A stretch of DNA of 60,146 bases, filler included, from Platydemus manokwari (taxonomy: Eukaryota), in NCBI GenBank assembly GCA_037951405.1. It is 5 parts of 5 records of this genome, joined end to end, with 100 filler letters (N's around TTAATTAATTAA, not from the genome) between each part and the next. Parts side by side here need not be neighbours in the genome. Positions count along the whole stretch, not along the records: positions 10,640 to 19,992 come from JBBMOY011260319.1; positions 20,093 to 29,926 come from JBBMOY011199098.1; 3 more parts are not named here. One strand, 5' to 3'. Below, piece after piece: positions 11,722 to 23,800 of this stretch (positions are counted from its first letter, which is position 1; each line of letters opens with the position of its first letter). The notes beneath the pieces are model-generated. The model saw only the letters and a list, made by a program, of their open reading frames with translations, was not told the origin of the DNA and did not search any database. The translations under genes were made by a program, and so were the position numbers.

Positions 11722-14700
11722 GAAAATGTGGAACAAAAACAAAAATTTGACCTGATTGATATTTCCGACGATGAGCTTGATGATGAAGAATTGAAGCAAA
11801 AACAGAAACAAGTCATGCTTCGAGCTGCTGCATTGCGTCGTGAACAGATAAGATTGATGAAAGAAATGAAAAGAGAAAAGGTCTGAATGATGAGTCTTGT
11901 TCGGTGACATTGTATATCTTATAAATCTAGATTCTTAGTGCCGTCAATAAGCTTGAAGAATCTCGTGAAGATGATTTTCCAGTAACGTATTGGTTCTAGA
12001 ACATGATCTATTCTTATTTCTTCCTTAGTTATGGGTGATGAATCTCAGACATCAACGACAATCTTTACTCGATAATCGAATGAAGAAGAGATCCAGCACA
12101 TCTATATCCATTGGTACATCGGGTCCCAGTGTTGGGATCGATGAGAGACGACAACAGAAAGCTCGTAAAATTCGGAAAATTGCGGCGGAATTAAATGAAG
12201 ATTTGGAACCCGTTCGTTTTTTCACTTTATAAACAACCTTATTATGCTACATTTATATTATCATTATATTATATTATTTATAATGATAATAAATAATATT
12301 GGTTACTCAGAAACATCTAAAGAAAGGAACTGGCAAAAATCAAATCGAGGATGATAGATATCTGGAAGAATTGAGCGATGATGACAGCGACACAGAGCAG
12401 AAACAGTTGTGCCAGTTGGACATTCTATTGAGTCAATATGATCCAGAATTCACCAAGTCATCGATAATTGATGGAATTTTTTTGTTATTTTCGAGCTTTT
12501 TTATTGATTTAGGGACAACAGCTCGTCTTTGAAGGTGGATATTGAAGAATATTATAGACTGCATTTGTCAACGGAAAAAATCAGGTAAATCTATTTGATT
12601 TGATCACGAAATTGATTTTCTATTGACATGGACTGATCGCTTTTAATTTTGAAATTATAAATGTCTGCATTAGTGAGCAAGCAGCAGGCGTTAATCAATT
12701 AGATGTGATGTTGGATATGTGTGCGTTGAAAGTGTTGAAGTGGAATCAATCACAATCGGGGGTGCTCACATCCTAGTGTTGAAATGTATTGATGTTGATG
12801 AGTTGCGTCAGTGTTCGAATCTGCCATTAAGGAGATTGTATAATGTTATAATCGATGATCTATATAAAACTATGGGGTATACAGAATTTCGACATTGGTG
12901 TTTTGATTGGGGATTGTCTTCTGGGATTGTCGATAGTTCAATAAGCACACCCTCACTCAATGTTATTTTATGAATTAAAACTAATCGAGGTCACTTCATT
13001 TTAGGATGTACAACGCACGACATATTGATATGGTAAAAACTTAAATATCGATTTATTAATAATAGCATCTTAATTGAGACTCGTTCACTAATATTGTCTA
13101 ATTCTTTCTAACAGAAATCTGGATAATTGTTCTTAGTTCCGGGGCTACATTATCATTCTATGAGAGAGTTCAAATTATTTAATAAAATAAATTAGTATAT
13201 CTTGAATTAAATCACATTTCTACTTTATATTTTATAATGTAATGAACAGCACAACAACGTAACGCGAATATTTTAATTGGTCTTATACTACGAATCTATC
13301 GATTTTTGACATTAATGTTATCTTAGGATAATCGCATAAAATAAATAGACGTTATCGTCTATTGTTTTTGTCAGCTTAATAAGAGTTAGAAGAGCACACC
13401 GTGTTTTCTTCAACTTAAACTTAGCTGAAATAGATTATGATTGGATTGAGATTAGCGTGTCAGTGTTGTACCTGTTAGCACGTAGTGATTATAAAATGAC
13501 AAACATAACGAATATCCAAACCAAGAGTTACCTAAAAAAATCTTTAAAAATTTTAATTTCTATGTTGTTGTTTCAGTTATTATTATTGGCTTATCTTCTT
13601 GTTAAAATGAGTGAAAATCATAAGATGTGATCATGTAAGGAGTTATTCAGATTTTTTAAAATTCGCTTCCACATTTCTAAACCCGAAAAAACTAGCTGTT
13701 ATGAATAACATGATCTCTTTACTTCATCTACTATAGTGTATTTCTTGAGAATTCTCACTGTGTTGTTGTCTGAAATAATTTTTATATTTTCTAAATGCTT
13801 TAAATTTAATTTGCATTGTTAGTTTAGTTACACCTACAGTTGGTTTGCTAGTTGATGATGTGATATCATTCATTAATATACAAACTCGACAATATACAAT
13901 ATACTCATATCAATATATTAGGTTTGAATCGATAAAATTTTTAGCATTTTTTCGAATTTTCTCAATGCGAATCATTTCTATAATCTTCTAATGTTAATTA
14001 TTAATCGAATGTAATTCATTTGAACTCTGTTAATATCGAGCGTATTAATACCAATATTCTCTTAATATCGCTATAATCGAAAATCCATTACTATAGATTA
14101 TCAATAATTCATTTCGTTTAATCTTATCTCATTTAATAAAAATAAAATAAACAAATTTGATATCACTAACAAATGTAGCTAAATTTTTGGAAAACAATAT
14201 TATGAAATTTTTAAAGCACTTGTTAACGATTTAAAAAGTGAAACTTAATATGAATTGATAATTCTAGTTCGTCTGATTATGACTGTTGACTCAAGTCTTA
14301 AAAGTGACTGCTTCGGAGATTTCTCCGATTGTATGGAATTTATAATTGATTTTTCTCAATTTTTAATTAATAAAATTCAATTAATATCATTATTTTTCCT
14401 TGAAATGATAGATTGGACAGTAATTATGTTTTCTCTCTCCCATTTATTCAATTATTATTGTGATATTTATAGTAATTTTGTTTTTGGGATAGAGTTCCGG
14501 AAATTTTATTTAAACCGTATATGATTGGTTATGAAGAAGCCGGGTTGGGAGAGATGCTTGAAAACATCATAAATGGATCTTATCTAGTTCATTTATCCGA
14601 TAAGTCCAACTTAAATACCAAGCAATTGACGGAAAGCATCTTTCTTACGGGAAGTGTATGTAAAATGCCTAATTTGAAAGAGCGGTTATTTTATGAAATT

Positions 14701-14981
14701 CGTCAATTTCTTCCCACAACTCTATCAGATCCCATAATTCGCATTGCTGGTAAATTGGAAATCTCGTAGAAATTGTGATTAATTATCAAAAATTTTCCTC
14801 AGACGATCCGGCTTTGGATGCTTGGCGTGGAGGTTGCAAATTAGCTTTGCATCCACAGTTCGACAGCATGAGCATATCTAGAGAAGCGTATGACGAGATG
14901 GGTCACGATTATATTCAAGAGCATCCTTTGTCAAATTTCTTTTATACCCCACTAACCGATGTGGATGAGATGAGCAATTGA
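11722..14981 (+). CDS. ACTR5: Actin-related protein 5 (INO80 subunit), 3' portion; exons 11722-11880, 11931-11981, 12029-12211, 12311-12456, 12513-12584, 14493-14749, 14803-14981
   Basis: Phase-consistent GT-AG splicing gives a coiled-coil insert followed by LLSQYDPEF...[34 protein letters not shown]...IFLTGSVCKMPNLKERL...ADDPALDAWRGG...EAYDEMGHDYIQEHPLSN, the Arp5 C-terminal signature. 5' exons are absent from this contig. Confidence 0.92.
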
Positions 14982-16289
14982 TCGTTTGTTTTCGAAGTTT
15001 CTTTATAAAAAAAATTGTACAAATAAATTTTTGTTAAAGTTTGATTTGATTTTTGAGAAATTGGAATAATTTTTACCTACAAGTATAATAACAGCCTTGA
15101 AAGAATTTACAGAGTATTTTATTGATTTCACTCCAGGATAATGATACATAGTCGATTAGAAAATTGGTCTACAATGAGTTCCACATATTATCTTGCTTTC
15201 GATAAAGTGAAAGTTATTCTACTTTGTTATTAAAGATAGAAATAATCTGAGAAAATTTCATTTATTTGAAATTATGTTTGATCGATTTTTTCCTGCTTTG
15301 TTAATGTCTTTGTTTTAGCCTTTAATTTCTCTAAATATACTTTTGATAAATCGAATCGAAGAGCCACCAACAAAATTTCGAAATCTATTAATTTATTATC
15401 GCTTTCTCTTCTTTATTGTGTGTGAAATTAGAACGTTTAGTATGTTTCAATATATGAATGCATTCAACTTTAATCGAAATCTCTAGAAAATGAGGGTAAT
15501 AATATTGTATTTCATATTTACAAATGAAATGGGATGCCACTAATTTCCGGTGACGTAAATATGTTAAGTTAGAAGTCCTGCCCTAATCTGATTCCGGATT
15601 CTTATCGTCACCGAGGAAAAATAATATTCTTTTAATATGTATATTTCTTGTTAATAACAGATAAAAACACTAATGGTTAAACAATTATTATAAGTCAAAA
15701 ATACGAAAATTTCTTGGTACTAATTTGTGATAGAGACACAGAATTATCTTTTGGCCATAGTACTACTTCACTCCTTAAATGTTACAGTAAATACTTTTCT
15801 CCGTCATTACTGCACAGCACAATAGTTATTACAATCCTACCAAAACACTTGAATCTACAGTAAATAATTATAAATATATCTTATTAAATTTTTTTTCTGT
15901 ATTCTTCAAATGGTAAATCATTTAAGATCAATATTTATACTTTATTTTTTCATGCGCACTCATTGATTTTTTAAAATTAGTCTATCAAAGTAATAATTAT
16001 TTGCTCAAGCAGAAAATTATTTACTGTTAACTTGAAATAAATTTATATATTTCCAATAATTGTAATCGAGTATAATGAAAAAACAACAAAAACCCAGTAA
16101 AATTCAGTTATAATATTTCGAGACTCAAAAAACAAAATAGAAGCTATTGCAGACACCAAAAATGAAATAATCACAACAGTCGATATTTATTAATTGGAAT
16201 AAAGTACATATTAACAAAAATATACAAAAATCACCAATGAAAAATTATGGCCACACAATAATCAATAAATCCAACCAATCAAATTCGAT

Positions 16290-17885
16290 CTACAATGCCA
16301 TATAATTACGGATTATTTGTTCGGTATTAGCAAAACAGTCCAGAAAATGATTTCTTCCCAACCCGTATTTTTCATACTGATATAAAAATGCATCGGTATT
16401 GAACATGTTCCAAGCCTTGGCAGTGGTGTAATCGAGAGTACTAACGGAATCACGACCGTTTGTTATAGCAGTTATACTCTTGCCATACTGATTGAACTTT
16501 CTATCGTTGGTCCACACGTTAACCGTGCTTTCACCGAAACCGCCTGAAAACATTCTTGGATCCCGGAGCAAAATCGATTCGTTATTAATCTCATCACAAT
16601 CATTTCCACGTAAAACCAATTGACAAGCGATATTAGCACAACGTTTATTATTCACTTTCACATTCCAATCCAAACCTATGAAGAGTAATCAATCAGCACT
16701 TATCATTGGCCTCAACAAAAAAGCCGAACCTTCCTCCATTACGGATTCGGTGAGAATCATTTGATTCATTTGCTTCATCAACTGTTTCCAAGTATCCGTT
16801 GTGAATTCCAGACAATTATCAGCCATATAAGGCACATTACGGATTTTTAGCAAACGATAATCAGGATGAATTACATTCGCCAAGACCAATTCACTTAACG
16901 GTAACTTTGTTTGGTATACCGGCTACAATTGTATACCAGATAAAATAAATTTAAATAATAAAATATTATTAATTTTGTCTATGTCGTAGAAATAATAACA
17001 GCAAATCACAGTTTATATTATGAATAATAAATATAAATAAATTAAAAACCAAAAAAATAATAACAGAAAATAAATATAAATGAAAAAAATATCAATACTA
17101 AATAATCACCTGCAAAATAGATGCTAATTGATGGCATATTAAATTATTTAAATCACCAACACCAATTTTCGAAAGAGATAATCTATTTAAACAAATTGAA
17201 TGCAATAAATCATTTTCATGAATAATAACACCATCAGCCGACAAAGACGAATCAATAACACCGTGTTCGTTTTGACCAAGAATATTTGCTACACTCAATA
17301 GAGCATTATATGATTGAACTGACACTTCACCTTGTTTATATGGCCAAACGAGGTGATTTACCAGTGTTTTTTGAGGATAATTTTCACGTATAAATCTGCT
17401 CAATAATGTCCCAACACCAGAACCAGTACCACCGGCAACACTCATTGTAATTAAAATACCATCAACAGAATCTGCACGTTCAAATTGGAATCGTAATAAC
17501 TGTTCCAATTTATCCATAACTTTGGGACCATTATTACAATATCCATTAGCCCAATTATTTCCTGATCCTTGTTTCTGAACATATCGACTATTTTTTGCAT
17601 ATGTCCATTTGTCCTCAATATGTTGATTTATAACAACTTTTTCCTCCATATCGATTTGTATTCCGCGAGTTTCTAAATTTTCTGCTTTAATTTATGAACA
17701 TAGAATTAAATAACTAAAAAAGTATTACACTTAGTACGATAAAAAAATCTTTCCATAGATTCTGATACGAAATCACTTTCCTTGTGTTTTTCATTGTCAA
17801 AATAACAATCATTGTAAATAGTTTTAAATAAATTGTGACCAACTTGATTTCCACATTGACCAACTTGAACAATTAAAAGAGACAT
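16290..17885 (-). CDS. TUBD1: Delta-tubulin, complete 4-exon gene (17885-17729, 17684-17110, 16922-16730, 16675-16290; 436 aa)
   Basis: MSLLIVQVGQCGNQVG, IDMEEKVV, GSGNNWANGY, SVAGGTGSGVG, VSVQSYNALL, LASILQP, MEEGLDW and KAWNMFNTDAFLYQYEKYGL are diagnostic of delta-tubulin. Introns of 44, 187 and 54 nt are GT-AG, and the exons sum to 1311 nt in frame. Confidence 0.95.
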
Positions 17886-17944
17886 TATTGAATTTTCGCA
17901 CAAAATATACCGGGAATTTAATTATTAAAACAAAAACAAATTGT

Positions 17945-17957
17945 GTATCATAGCAAC
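17945..17957. promoter_or_regulatory. Putative RFX X-box upstream of delta-tubulin
   Basis: GTATCATAGCAAC lies 60-72 bp upstream of the TUBD1 ATG, with a strong TAGCAAC half-site and an imperfect second half. Confidence 0.55.
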
Positions 17958-18199
17958 AATAAACTAATTAAAAGTCAATTATTAGTCAATTACAAGTTTT
18001 GTATAGTTTAAAGAAATTTAAAGAAAATAATTTAAAGAAAATTTTTTTATCTACTTATGATTTTTCTGGTTGTCAGTGTTTCTGTATTAAATTCTAATGA
18101 AATAAAACTAATAGATTTAAATTAAGTTAAAAAATTGAATTTTCTATAGATACCAAGTGAATCGAGTTTTAGATAATTTAGATAACATGGATGATTTTA

Positions 18200-19990
18200 A
18201 TGAATCATTGAATTCCAAAAAAGGTTTAAAAAGTGCTTAAAGTGTATCGCAGCATGTTTTCAGATATTAATGTTAAATATATTGAAAAATCCTTTCATCC
18301 TTATAAATATTTTCTAATTACTTGGAATAAATACTCTTAATTTTTTTATCTTTAATATTATCATTAATATGTTTCGTGTCTGATTTTTTTTAATTTGTTT
18401 AATTTGATTGCGTATTTCATCAATTTTTGTAATTTAAGAGTAGTATTATTCTATATGGCATGTTTAGATTATGTCTTTCTTCTGGTTTTGATCTATAGAT
18501 TCGATGACTTTTGGAAAAGTGCTAGCACCCAATAAATGTTAATAAAAGTCATCACTAGAAAGTGCGCTTTTTATGAATTGTGCACTTAAAGCAAATTTGA
18601 GAATTAAATATTTGTAAAATACATCAACAGTATTAATGGTATTATCTTTAAAAAGATAACAAATCTAATCTAAATTCTAAAGTATTCCTATTCTAATAAA
18701 AATAGTGTACTTTTTTCATTTGATTCAAATCATGAACCATATTTCTATAATGGACAACATAATTGATTATATCTGTTTGATCATAAATTAATAATTCAGA
18801 TAAGGGAATTTTTCTTTCTAATTCTCACAAAATAATTCAAAATTAACTTTCTTCTTTTCTGAAACTAATGGAAAATCTTTTGTTAATTCTTAATCTACTT
18901 ATTCAAGATCAACCTCAAAATTCAAGCTGTAATAAGAGTCTCGATTTACAATCATTAATTCTTCTATGAATTTATGTAAATCATTATTATAATAAGATAT
19001 TGATTCATCATTTCACTAATCGAATTTATTATCCACTCATTGCCTAACCATAAAAAGTATTAACAACAATATATAATTTTTTTTCAAAATATTCATTTAT
19101 TTCAAAATAATAATTCAATTCATTAAAGTTTTCTACAACTTTTTTAAATTTAAATTTTTCTGGAAAATAAATATGTTCCATATTATCATTGGTACATTTT
19201 TTATTTGTTTTAACACATTTTTTATTTATCACTGATGAAATTCTTCTTCAAATTCCTTGTTCACTTATTGCATACATTTTTTGAGCTGTAAATAATTCCA
19301 AGTTTATATCATAAATGGAATTGCTATTTGATTATAATGATTTTGAAATTTCAAAATATTACTATCTGGTTCTGATATAACTACTCTTGTAATTTCTATA
19401 CAATTTTTATCACATATTTGTTAATGACTATTGAATCTATTCTCTATTACAAAATAACTACAATATTTATCGCATATATATTTTAATTTTTCATTTGGTT
19501 TTAAATGATTTTTTTATTTTTCTCGTTATAAAGCGTTCCAAATTTTCAATATAAACATAATGGGTTACTCTTTTGCTAAAAATAATATTAACTTGTTTAT
19601 TATATTCCTGCCATTTATAATTTATCCTTTCCGTTACCTTTTATTCTATAAATATTTATTTTTAAATTTTTTATTTTATTCGAATTTTTTAATTTCATTA
19701 ATAGGTATTGGAAATATTTTTTTATTTTTAATTCATTGATATAATTCATATAATAAATGGGACTATTCGGGGATTTGTTTCTATTAATTAGATATAAATG
19801 CGCTAATATTGAATATCAAGAATTTCTATCATGATTTTCAATATTTGTTATTTCATTGTTTCTTAAAAGTTGTTAGTAGCGGCTACTTCACTTGCAATTG
19901 ATGTTTCCTCAAAATAAGTCATTATTACGATTTTATTTAATTGCAACACTTTTTTTAAACAAATTATAATTTCATTAGAGTTTCCATATA
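18200..19990 (-). mobile_element. Decayed Polinton/Maverick (adintovirus-like) protein-primed DNA polymerase B relic
   Basis: Minus-strand motifs in the family's order, broken by stops and frameshifts: THYVYIENLERF; YICDKYCSYF...H*QIC; ILKFQNHYNQIAIPFMI; FEVDLE...KDFPLVSE; DIINYVVHYRN. Confidence 0.75.
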
Positions 19991-19992
19991 GA

Positions 19993-20092
19993 NNNNNNNN
20001 NNNNNNNNNNNNNNNNNNNNNNNNNNNNNNNNNNNNTTAATTAATTAANNNNNNNNNNNNNNNNNNNNNNNNNNNNNNNNNNNNNNNNNNNN
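19993..20092. other. Artificial contig spacer
   Basis: 44N-TTAATTAATTAA-44N. Confidence 0.97.
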
Positions 20093-20898
20093 ATATGTAT
20101 TTGGTAAAAAGTTTTCTATACAATATTGGAAGATAAATATTTGCAAAACAAAGTGTGAACAATTTTATTATTATTTTCCTATCATATTAATCGTATTAAT
20201 AATCATTAATGTTTGTCTTTGATTGTTTGATGCACTAATTGCATCATTTAAAAATATATTTTCATAATTATTTTTTATTTTGATTGGGAAGGAATGTATA
20301 AAACTTATTCCGAACATATCGGTTATTTTATATTCCTTTATAATTGTTTTTGGCCATAGACTTATAACAAATCTAATTTCCTCTTAATCACTTTCAATAT
20401 CATGAAATCAAGAAGTTTTTCTCAAAATCCTCAGACTGTGATTGTATTTCCGAAATCGTTTTAAATATTTTTAAAAATGTCATAAAAATTAAAACATTCT
20501 TTAGAATAAATCACAGTTTTGGATAAGGAGTACCAACTATTTTAAACGTTACCATGGACTTGAACATGATTTTAATCAAGACTTGCTTAGTTTTCTTGAA
20601 AGACAAATGGGAATTACAAACCATAAAAAATATTTTAAACATTGACGAACTCGTAGTCAGTTTACATAATTGTAAATGATTCTGCGTATTAACAGAAATA
20701 TCAGATATTTAGTTAGAATTTGTTGAATACAATTTAGTTTTTTATTGAATGACAAAAATTATTTTAATTATCGATATGCCATCCATATTATTATTGATTG
20801 TCATAATTGTTATGTTTTATTGTTGATACGACATTTGTGTTCATTGTTTTTATTGTTCTGCCGGCTTGATGATATTTAATAATGGGACAATTATTCAG

Positions 20899-23800
20899 AA
20901 ACCTGGGTACTGGGAAGTGGATTTAATGTCGGCATTCATAAATTGGTTAGTGAAACGATTAACGAATTCCGACTGCAACAAGAAGATATGAAAGATCAAG
21001 TATCGTTGATTGGAATCACAACTTGGGGAGTTGTCTACAACAATAATCGATTGACTAATTCTCAGGTTATGATTTCTTTATTTTCTCAATAAAATTCCAT
21101 CGAATTCATTCCAATATATATATAAATCCATGATAATACAATCTGACCATGATCCGTACTGATCTTGTAGAGAATTACTGATATAAAATTATGATCATCA
21201 AAAATCCTAAGGTTATCAAAATACCTATTCAATTTCTACAAAAATATAGGTAAAGTATCTGACTGATTATTTAAATCCAGTGTGTGTATTAGTTACGTAA
21301 TCTACTATAAGTGTAATTTGTTTTATAGATTTGTGATAAATTCACACAAAAATTTGTCTGCAATTTATCCAATGTGTGCCTGTTCAATATTTTGAAACGA
21401 AAAATGAAAAGAAATAATATCTTCCTGTTTTATTTGAAATCTTTCGAAAATATTTCCAGAGTTTTAGGTTTTGACACATTATAACACATACGAGAGGAAT
21501 TTCGATATGAAAATTATTAGTTTTCGAGATGTACATTTAGTTTTTCGGTTGAGTACCAGTCTAGCAAGCCAAATAAATACACGTTCACTCAGGATTTTCA
21601 CACTCAGTCAGGTAAATTTACTCGTTTGTTCAGAATAGGACTAGGAATTTTGATGACATGACCAGCAAACCTAACATTATGGAAATAAGATTTTTTTTTA
21701 TCAATAAATCTTGTCCAGGGTTGAATTTATTTTCTTGAGTTACATTTTAATAATTTTGAATACAATCATGTTGCACATGTAAATCTGATGCAATTGAGTT
21801 GATGTGATCGCTCGTATGGTGTTTGTGATGCAATTATCAGAATGTTTGATACAAATATATCTTTTACATGTGTGATAGTTTTTAATCACAGATAAACTCC
21901 AATATTGAAAATGAAGTCATAAAAGCTCTTCTTAATTTAGCTATTGTATTACTGCATCATCATTTTGAGACCTTAAATATGATGGAGTTTTTACAATGAG
22001 CAAAATAAAGGAAAGAAAAATGTTAATATACAATGAATTAAAATAAAAATGAATAATTTATATGATTATTTGATATCTATCGCTTGGATAATATGTTATT
22101 GAAACCAGGAAATGGTATGACTTTCACTTACCGGTTTTAATAATAAAACAAATAACTATAGTTTATGCCATCGATGTAAAACTGTTTCTATTTCAAGTGG
22201 GAATTCATCGCCCTGTCTCCGAATAAATGGATGGACCAAATGATTAAATTGAATAAATTACTAATAAGGAAATTAAAACACAATTTATTTCATTACGTTT
22301 CATTTATTCATGATATAAAGATTTGAATTAGTTTTATCATATAATGATCGACATAACAATTCAATGTAAAGATTGGCCTTGTAGTTGAACTACGCGAGTA
22401 TGAGAGCGTAATGGGAAAAAGTAGAACACATTCTGAGGATTAAAAAATTTTATTATAAACATGTTTTTTAAATTGATATGAAAAGATATTAATTTGTTTA
22501 AATTACTGTTCTGAAATTTAGCATCGTGACTTTTCATTTCGTTTTCAATGCGTATAAATGCACAAAGTTTTTTCTTATTATGAATCCAGATTAAAGTCCG
22601 AAATATATTGTATGACCAAATAAAAGCCAATAAAAGCCACTGGGATCCATATTTTATCATTCATGCAGCGTTATTAAATTAATCTGATAATTCCAAAGCA
22701 ATTAAGTTTTTAAATATTAATTTCAAAGAAGTAGCTGAACGATTTTGTTTATTGGATTTTATTTTTACTTGTTTAATTGATACCAGTTATTTTGTTTTAA
22801 TTTATTGACGGAATTATTTTTTTTAGACAGGTGATGGTAGCCATTCGATGCGTCATAATTTGGTAATGTTTTTATTTATAAAATTATTTTATAATATTAT
22901 TTGGCTTATTGATTACAGTTTTGTTAAAATTATTCAATAAATAATCACTGATCTTGAGTTCTTCCCAGTAATGAATGGGTTATAGAATATGGTTTCCTTT
23001 CACTTTTCTCTGATCTATTTTTAAAGAAAATTTTTCTCTGATCAATATAATTTTTCTATTTTTTCTCATTCACAATATGAATCCATCGATTTCTAAAGTT
23101 AGATAAATTAGAAAGGTCTTGGAATTGGTCTTCAGAAAGTTTAATGATTACAGAACATGTACAAGTATCAGTGGTATTTAAAGAGATTTGTATAAAAATG
23201 TGAATCTCTCTTATTAGTCTATCTGGAAGATATTTTACTCTTGATGACAATTCTCTTAATATTCGTAGCTCATCAGATTCAAAGAAACTTCATTTATTGT
23301 GCTTATCCATTCAAGAGTCTTCATATTTGATAACATATAAAAGCAATTTTGAGCTAAAATAAAATGATTCCCTTCTGTAAAGAGTCATAACTTGGGACGA
23401 AAAATGGACGTCGTACAAGAATATTAAGTGTAAAACAGTGGCTTATTTGAAATGAAACTCCAATTTTAAACTTTAAATTTGACTTCATTAAGAAATCTTG
23501 CTCGATTGTTGGAATACCAATATAAATATTCATTACGAACTCGTGTAACAAAACAAGATAAACGCTTTAGCCATTTATTCTTATCCGTGAATGTGGTTTC
23601 ATAAAAAAATGTTAATTAAACGCTCCGCTGTTATCATTTGAAAAGGAATAATATTGTAGCAGGATAGAAAGAAACTACAATCTGTAATAATGTGTTACTC
23701 AAGAACAAAGGAGAGATTAGAATGAGTTCTTCTATTAGTTTCTCAACATTTATCAGATATTATTTGTAATAATAATCATTTATTCGAATCATTAAAATAC

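Noticed and set aside
12880-12925. Hammerhead-like CCAGAAGA...GAAA on the minus strand in the ACTR5 intron
   Set aside because: Core deviates from CUGANGA, and stems I-III cannot be formed convincingly.
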